Source: Takakia lepidozioides (lineage: Eukaryota > Plantae > Bryophyta). From it: DNA of 64,000 nucleotides. The notes under the pieces are model-generated. The model searched no databases and was not told where the DNA came from. It worked only from the letters and a program-made list of their open reading frames with translations. Both the position numbers and the translations under genes were made by a program. This document shows positions 56,201 to 64,000 of this stretch, piece by piece (position 1 is the stretch's first letter; the number at the start of each line of letters is the position of its first letter). The DNA lies in NCBI GenBank assembly GCA_030704615.1, contig CM060731.1, positions 64,046,001-64,110,000 on the forward strand, given 5' to 3'.

Positions 56201-58189
56201 TTATTTCTTTGGCCATTTGACCAAGTCTTTGTCCATCTCGTCACACAGCCAACTAATCATATGAGTACGGGAAGCTATCATGGTTGACTCGTCGAACCAA
56301 CTTACAGTAAACGCCCGCCTATGACGGGTTTGATCTTCTGTGGTTTTCACATTGAACTTCCACTCCAAGTAAAATTGCACAAAACAAAGTGCATAATAGC
56401 CGCACTCCCAACAGCTCCGTTGCTGGGGGACACTGGCCTCAAAACCATTCCATCCTCTCCATGACGTAACTGAAGTCATCAAATCCAGGCATGCAATCAA
56501 AGAACGCTATGGCAAAATTTCACAAAATTCCTTCAACGAGTTTGGGTCGGGCAATGGTTTTATGGGAGTCCAAATGTACTATCCGACCTCGGCACTCTAA
56601 AACAGCAACACTCCAGTGATCACTGCAACACAAACAAAGCCGTAACGTCAGAATAGAAAAAAAAACTCTCCAATGAAACCCATTGTGGTGTAACCCGGCT
56701 GTGGTATAACCCAGTAGTGTAACCCACCTCATGTGTAACCCAGTAGTGTAACCCTTTGTACTGTAACTCTAAACGGTGTAACACAACTAGTCAGCGGTGC
56801 AAATCCAAACTAGTGCAACTCAGTGTAGAACAGAGGAGTGTAACCCAACATGATCAGTCAACGCTCAAATATCTTACTCGAAGACAATAGGGATGACAAC
56901 CACGTCCACAAGATCTCGATTCTTTGTGAATACCATCCCTCGGGCATCCTGAGTGTACCATTCTTGCACCAACCCGAATAGCGTCTGCAGATCGTTACCA
57001 TTGGTACGCATGACATGCCACTGGAAATGAGCACAGATGACAGACTCAGGTGCGATAGCCTTAAACAATTTGGCCTCCAGAAGTCTGTTGTAACCCGAGA
57101 GCAATGCATCTGTGACAGTTGCTCTTATTTTATACATCGGCTCAAAATCTGTCTCTTCCAAGTAAAACTGTAACGGGGTAGAAGCCAGGAAGGCATCGCC
57201 ATAATAAACCTTTACTTCGGGCGCCCCATGAGGGTCCGACACCATTCTGAACTTTGTCAAGTACCGTTGTTTTAGTCTGCACAACAAACCGCACATTACG
57301 AACATTACGATGCATCATACAAGAGTTATAAGGATCAAAGTACAATGAGGTACCTCGAACGCTCCCGCAAGTGTTTGGCAAGGACCTCTTGCTGCTGGAC
57401 AACGTCAACCTCGGAGACCCCTGCACTTTTGCCTTTCGATTTGGTTCGCTGTTTTTTGGGTGCGACAAGAACAGATACTTCTTTGTTAGTGCCAGGGGGT
57501 TCAGCCAACCGCTTTCTTTGAGCAGGCGGCCGTTTTGACCTCCTGGGATTCTCTGCAACCTTGACAATGCCGCCCGTAGGGAGAATTTCTGAGCCAGAGA
57601 TGACAATGCCGCCCGTAGGGGGAATTTCTGGGCCAGAGGTGCCTTGTTCTGAGTTTGCTGCAAGTGCTGAAGACTACACCCCCTCATCTGAGACGTGCTG
57701 GGGAGGTGACTGACCAAGGGCAGAAGTGTCAGAGCTCACCTCCTCGGTGCTGCCCCTGTCAGTGTCACCCTTCTGTTCAGACCCCTTATCAGAGTCACGT
57801 TTCTCAGTATCACCCTTCTCTTCGGCTACCTCCTCAGTGTCACCCTTCTCTTCGGCTTTCTCCTCAGTGTCACTCTTCTCAGTGTCACCCTTCTCTTCGG
57901 CTACCTCCTCAGTGTCACGCATTTCAGTGTCACCCTTCTCTTCGGCTACCTTCTCAGTGTCACTGTTCTCAGTGTCACCCTTCTCTTTGGCCGCCTTATC
58001 AGTGTCACCCTGCTGAGTAACAATCTTATGTGTGTCACCCTTGGCAGTGTCACTCTTCTCAGTGTTACGATGCTCCGCAACATCCTTCTCTTCGTGACTC
58101 TCCACAGTGAAACGCTCAATGTGACCCTGCTCAGTGTCACCCTTCCAACTGACAACCAACTCGGTGACACCCTTCCCCATATCACCCAT
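56201..58189 (-). pseudogene. Spliced Ulp1/SENP (C48) SUMO-protease-like gene with acidic KGDTE repeat N-terminus, probably transposon-borne
   Basis: VVIPIVFE|DHWSVAVLE (His), VHLDSH (Asp), PQQRSCWECGYYAL (oxyanion Gln, catalytic Cys). Introns ~57353-57277 and ~56876-56623. In-frame TAG (57674) and TGA (56520) look like C>T changes; also one frameshift. Confidence 0.8.
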
Positions 58190-59027
58190 GTCGATGTCAC
58201 TCTTCTTTGCATCAACCTCCTCAATGCCTCCTCAAAGTGATGGGCGGCGCGACGACGCACTACAACATATCACGGTATTTATGACTGTATATATAACTAT
58301 TCTACAGTCATAAACGGTACATATGACTTCTATGATTGTAAGTCGTGCAAACCAAGTCAATACAATGAGTACAGGATGGTACGGTCCGGATGACTACAGT
58401 CATATGAACCAAGTGATATATCTCACTGCAGTCATATATACCATACTGCAACCGCGCCACGTGGCGAGGCGCAATTGATTTAAAAATTTTAATTTAAAAA
58501 TAAAATAAAAATATATATTAAACGCCGCATCGCATCGCTTGTGCCACCTGGCATAATGCATTTTATAATAATGAAAAAACCACGTGGCAGTCCATCTAGG
58601 GTACCACGTGCTATCCCTAGCTCGCCTACTAACCCTAGGGCCATCTTATCCATTTGATTGTACTTAGAGGAGTTTGAACTTGGTGTTTTAATTGTATTAT
58701 ACACACCAAATTACAAAATCCCCAGTAGTCATCATGACTACGTAACCTCATCCATGTACACTGTAGTCATGGAAATGACTATGAATGGTGAGCTAAATCT
58801 GATCAATTGCCGTTGACCAGCCTTCCGCCCATTCCGGAGCCATGTAGTCATACAGACGACTATTTAGGTAGTCGTTCGTATGACTACAGTCGTATGAACG
58901 ACTGCGGGAGGTCAATTTTATATAAAAACATGGTGCAGTCATGGTCAAAGTCATGAAAACCATGACTACCACGGTTTGGCAATCATAACTACCGCGATCT
59001 GTTGTAGTGACGGCTTGCCTTGCAAAA

Positions 59028-60358
59028 CTATATAGCTCCGTTGATCTTAACTGACTTGTCACCCCACTCTTCTGTACTCAAACTCGATTTTAAATCCTCG
59101 AGCTCAGAATCCAAGGTCGCAATTCCGTCACCAAGTTGTGCAAAGTACATCAGACTAAAGCCGTAATACTCATCGACCAGGTCCTTCACCTTTGAGGCCG
59201 TAAGAGCACTTTCCAGAAGGTCAGTCATGAACCCCAACCTGGGATGCGTTTGGGAAACTGACCTACCATGATTTCTTACATCGTTGTGGGCCAGAATTCT
59301 CAAAAAGAGTGGTGGCAGTCCAATGTGTGGTTTGGTGAGATTCTCCATTTGATTGATCAATCCTTCCGCAAAACCGCGAGTGAATTCCAACGGATCTGAA
59401 ACAACCAAACCTTCGATTCCATCTACAGTAATAGTGATGACAAGAGGATTTGAAATTCTGGCATCGTCAAGGTCGGTATTGCCAACAGCTGGTTTGTCCA
59501 TCGTGTCATCATCATGCGAGGCTTGGCTCTCTCGATGGACTCGTGTAAGTCTCTCACCTTTTTTCTTTTTCTGCTTTGGCATGTCAGGATGCCCAATGCT
59601 CTCCAAATACTCCTTCACCCGATTCAATTCCTCTATCATTAACGGACCATGATCCGTCTGGGTTGTAAACGCCTTGTGGGCAGCAACAACACTATCCATA
59701 TCATCACTTCTAAGATGATGTCGAGCTCCCTGCGCAATACAGCGTGAGGGGTTACACCAGAGAAAAGGGTTATAACACGAGGGGTTACACATGAAAAATG
59801 GGTTACAAGGAAGGTGGGCTACACGGGGTTACACACCATAGGGATTTTTAACAGGGGTCCTCTGTAGGTGGGTTACACTTTGGGTTACACGCCACAGGAG
59901 AGACAGGGGGGGTAACACAAAGGGTTACACGGATAGACAACAGCCCGAAATTTGAAAAACAGAAAAATGGCAGGGAATCCAACTTGATTGTCCGTCGATA
60001 GAACCCAACTTGATTTTGCAGCTGTCACATGGACATTTTCAACAGCCATGGCATGCTTGAGCTCCGCATCAGGAAACAGTTTTGTTCCTTTCGGTCAGGC
60101 CATACATGCGGCCGTTCCATCGACAATATGCCGATTCAGTCTGCTCTTATCTACCTTTACTTCCCCACAGTAAGGACATTTGAACTTAGGCCAGCCCTTT
60201 GCTCCCTCCACCTTGGCCTCTCTACACCTGGTGTGGCAATACGCGATCATTGTAGCATGCTCATGCTCAGTGTACCAGAAGCGAACTCGTTCACCATCCC
60301 TCTTTAAGTGATCAAATGGAATAGTAGCCTCTCCAGGGAACAGATAACAATCAGCCAT
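59028..60358 (-). pseudogene. Two-exon gene of unknown function with a zinc-finger-like motif
   Basis: Exon 1 from ATG 60358 has FKCPYCGEVKVDKSRLNRHIVDGTAAC and one TGA at 60095. The intron ~59982-59730 is rich in GGGTTACA. Exon 2 is open for ~230 aa with a basic PKQKKKK patch. Confidence 0.6.
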
Positions 60359-61664
60359 GGCAAAAGAAAAAGCTGACAGAAGAGAAGAGAAGAGCAAGAG
60401 CAAGACAAGACAAGACAAGACCAAGAGAATTCTGAAGAACGCACAGCAGGGAGCACGCACAGCAAGGAGTGCAGGAAGAATAGGAAAGGGCTGCGAGAAG
60501 GGAAAAACTGAACAATGATCAAAGAACGAAGAACGCAGCTAGCTAGATGTCACCCGTAAGGCACGTCGGTTAAGCGAAAGACGGCGGTTCATTAAAATAT
60601 GGCGGCTTGCAATCAATTATATCCGCACTGACTCACACGTGTATGAGTTACAATCCCGATGTCACCCGGAATAGCGGAGTGTAACCCGTAACCCTACACT
60701 TGTGAGCGTGACAAACCGGCCGTTACCCGCATGCGAGACACGTCGAGTGTTACCCTCCGTCATGTACCCACATATGATGTAACCCTTCGTCACAATCTCA
60801 TGTACCCCTAGTGTATGTGACTCCCAAACACAACATCGATGTAAACCTGTCATATCAAACCATTAGTATGCAACCTCCAGGTAAACATGGTCGATGTAAC
60901 GCCCCACCCATGTAACCCTAGCCTATGTGGCTCCGCGAGCGCAACATCCATGTAACCCATCAAACATGTCAACCCCATCTAAACCTCCATTACTAAACCG
61001 TCTACCAAGCCACCATGTATTGAGAAAGAAAATACCGTGTAACCCCCTGTGTGTAACCATAGCACACGTGACGCAGTCATATAAACCATTAAACATGTAA
61101 CCGGTTGACAGTGCTTGCAGAACACGCATGATTCGATACATATTGCATCCAGAATAGCGATGAGTAGGCTGCCCCGGCTGGTGTGTGAACAAAAGATACA
61201 CGAGAGGAGAGTGAATGGGCATCCCGTCAAATGAGCGGCTGCTTGCATGGCTAGACCGAAAGAAACAAAACCCTTTCCTAATGTGGATCTCAGGAATACC
61301 ATAGCCAACGGGGACGGTGACAAAACAACAAGAATGACATTGAGAAAGAAAAAGGATAGAGACAACCGTATCAATCGTAGAGAAAACCGTAGTAATAGAT
61401 TTGCCGGATCGCTGCACGGAAAGTGTTGTCTTGCATGTTGTTGGGAGGACGATACTGAATTCAATGAACTACAAATATTTCGCATTGATGTGTGAAGCCG
61501 ATTGGGCGCCACGGGAATTGCAGAAAGCTGATGCCCCAAAGCAAAAAAACGAGTGAGCTAGGAATCTGAAAAACGGATGGAGAGAGCAAATTAGGGTTTC
61601 GGCCTCCATTCAACCTCCATTCGGCCGTCGGATAGTTTACACGTGTATGATGTACACGAGGCGG

Positions 61665-63402
61665 AGTTACAAAGGGTTACATGGGTTACAAAGGGTCACA
61701 GAGGGTTACATGGAGTGAGGTTACATAGGGGTGAGGGTGACACTCTACGGTGCTACAGACGGTTACATGGGTTACAGAGGGTTACATGGTGGTGAGGGTT
61801 ACAGAGGGTCACAGAGGGTTACATGGAGTGAGGGTTAGATAGGGATGAGGGTGACACTCTGCGGTGTTACAGAGGGTTACATGGGTTACAGAGGGTCACA
61901 TAGGGTTACATGGGGGTGAGGGTGACACTCTGCGGTGTTACAGAGGGTTACATGGTGGTGAGGGTTACACCTGGTGAGGGTTATAGAGGGTCACAGGGTT
62001 ACATGGGGGTGAAGGTGACACTCTGTAGTGTTACAGAGGGTTACATGGGTTACAGAGGGTTACATGGTGGTAAGGGTTACATGGATTACAAAGGGTCACA
62101 GAGGAATACATGGAGTGAGGGTTACATGGGAGTGAGGGAGACACTCTGCAGTGTTACAGAGGGTTACAAGGTGGTGAGGGTTACATGGGTTACAGAGGGT
62201 TACATGGTGGTGAGGGTTACACCTGGTAAGGGTCACAGAGGGTTACATGGGTTACAGAGGGTCACATAGGGTTACATAGGGTTACATGGATTACAGAGGG
62301 TTACATGGGTTACAGAGGGTTACATGGGTTACAAAGGGTTACATGGAGTGAGGGTTACATAGGGGTGAGAGTGACACTCTGCGGTGTTATAGAGGGTTAT
62401 GGGTTACATAGGGTTACATGGTGGTGAGGGTTACACCTGGTGAGGGTTATAGAGGGTCACAGAGGGTCACAGAGGGTTACATGGGTTACAAAGGGTTACA
62501 GAAGGTTACATGGAGTGAGGGTTACATAGGGGTGGGGGTGACACTCTGCGGTGTTACAAAGGGTTACATGGGTTGCAAAGTGTTATAGAGGGTTACACGG
62601 AGTGAGGGTTACATAGGGGTGGGGGTGACACTCTGCGGTGTTACAGAGGGTTACATGGGTTACAGAGGGTTAGATGGTGGTGAGGGTTACACAGGGTCAC
62701 ACAGGGTTACATGGGTTACAAAGGGTTACATGGAGTGAGGGTTACATAGGGGTGAGGGTGACACACAGCGGTGTTACAGAGGGATACACGGGTGTTACAG
62801 AGGGATACACGGGTGTTACATGGGTTGCAGAGGGTTACAGAGGGTCACAGAGGGTTACATGGAGTGAGGGTTACATAGGGGTGAGGGTGACACTCAGCGG
62901 TGTTATAGAGGGATACACGGGTTATAGAGGGTTACATGGTGGTGAGGGTTACACCTGGTGAGGATTACAGAGGGTCACAGAGGGTTAGATGGAGTGAGGA
63001 TTACATGGGGGTGAGGGTGACACTCTGCGGTGTTACATAGGGTTACATGGGTTACAGAGGGTCACAGACGGTTACATGGGTTACAAAGGGTTACAGAGGG
63101 TTACATGGAGTGAGGGTTACATAGGGGTGATGGTGACACTCAACGGTGTTACAGAGGGTTACATGGTGGTGAGGGTTACACTTGGTGGGGTTACAGAGGG
63201 TCACATAGGGTTATATGGAATTAGGGTTACATGGGGGTGAGGGTGACACTCTGCGGTGTTACAGAGGGTTACATGAGGGTTACACCTGGTGAGGGTTACA
63301 GAGGGTCATGGGGTTACATGGGTTGCAGAGGGTTGCAGAGGGTTACATGGTGGTGTAGGTTACACTCGGCGGAGTTACAGAGGGTTACATGGGGGTGAGG
63401 GT
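61665..63402 (+). repeat. Degenerate G-rich satellite of GGGTTACA / GAGGGTTACAT / GGGTGACAC blocks
   Basis: About 1.7 kb built almost entirely from these blocks, with irregular higher-order units and strong strand asymmetry. Confidence 0.95.
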
Positions 63403-64000
63403 TAAACTGACGGACTGGTGTCGCAAAACGACGACGCAGGCGGCGACGACGCGCCGGGGGCGACGACGCCGATGGGATGAGAGCGGGTGTGGGGAGGGAT
63501 TGACTGAGCCCAACCGGCTGCCTTTCGATGGCTGCCGGAGGCGGAGAACCGGCGGTACGGGGTGTCAGGGCTGGACCGTCCTGACGCGCTCGTATTAAGT
63601 TCTTACATTATTCCTATTATCTTCCATATTCAACAATGCTTGCAATATTTGCAAAATAACCTAGGGATAACCTAGCTACATAACACAAGTTTGCGAGCTC
63701 CAAAAAAGTAATAATTGTTGACGAGCACAATCTACTTTCGACCCAACGGCTGCCACAAATGATGGGCCTTGGCCAAAGCTTGAATAGGCATCAGTAGGCC
63801 TAGCAGGGTGGTGCCAATCAATTACCTCCCAGGTCTCGAGTGAGGTGGCCTAATGGGTTGGCCAGGTAATTATCCGTCACCCTTCGATTATTATTATTAT
63901 TATTCCAGAACAGGTGGGTAAGCAAAAATGTCGGTAGTTAAATGATTATACAATTACACCATGATGTCCAGGTATATGATATATCCGCACAACACTAAAC

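Noticed and set aside
56201-60358. In-frame stops repaired by U-to-C RNA editing
   Set aside because: Such editing is organellar; TGA/TAG from CGA/CAG is explained by methylcytosine deamination in nuclear TE DNA.
61665-63402. True telomere, or real ORFs in the satellite (61910-62269, 62674-62961)
   Set aside because: Unique sequence follows the tract, the unit is not TTTAGGG, and the ORFs are translations of the repeat.

Overview
Eukaryotic nuclear DNA from a land plant, probably a non-seed plant such as a moss, liverwort or lycophyte. This is inferred from a microbial-type terpene synthase, PLS/DYW PPR relics and a Tf1/Tcn1-type gypsy element. Apparently intact spliced genes: phosphoinositide phospholipase C (-), a microbial terpene synthase-like gene (MTPSL, -), an organellar TruB pseudouridine synthase (+) and mitochondrial malate dehydrogenase (-). 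Broken genes or fragments: UDP-glucuronate decarboxylase, several PLS-PPR/E/DYW editing factors, a fibrillin exon, a CYP85-clan P450 head-to-head with the MTPSL, and a frameshifted F-box gene. Mobile DNA: three tRNA-derived SINEs and a possible partner LINE tail, MITE/CACTA-like elements, a LINE fragment, and a self-priming gypsy element split by a 2.4-kb inversion (matching GAAAT TSDs). The last ~9.5 kb is an unclassified element with a spliced Ulp1-protease gene and a spliced zinc-finger gene; its non-coding DNA, two of its introns and one coding repeat are saturated with a GGGTTACA/GGGTGACA motif. All calls were made by eye; no database searches were run.
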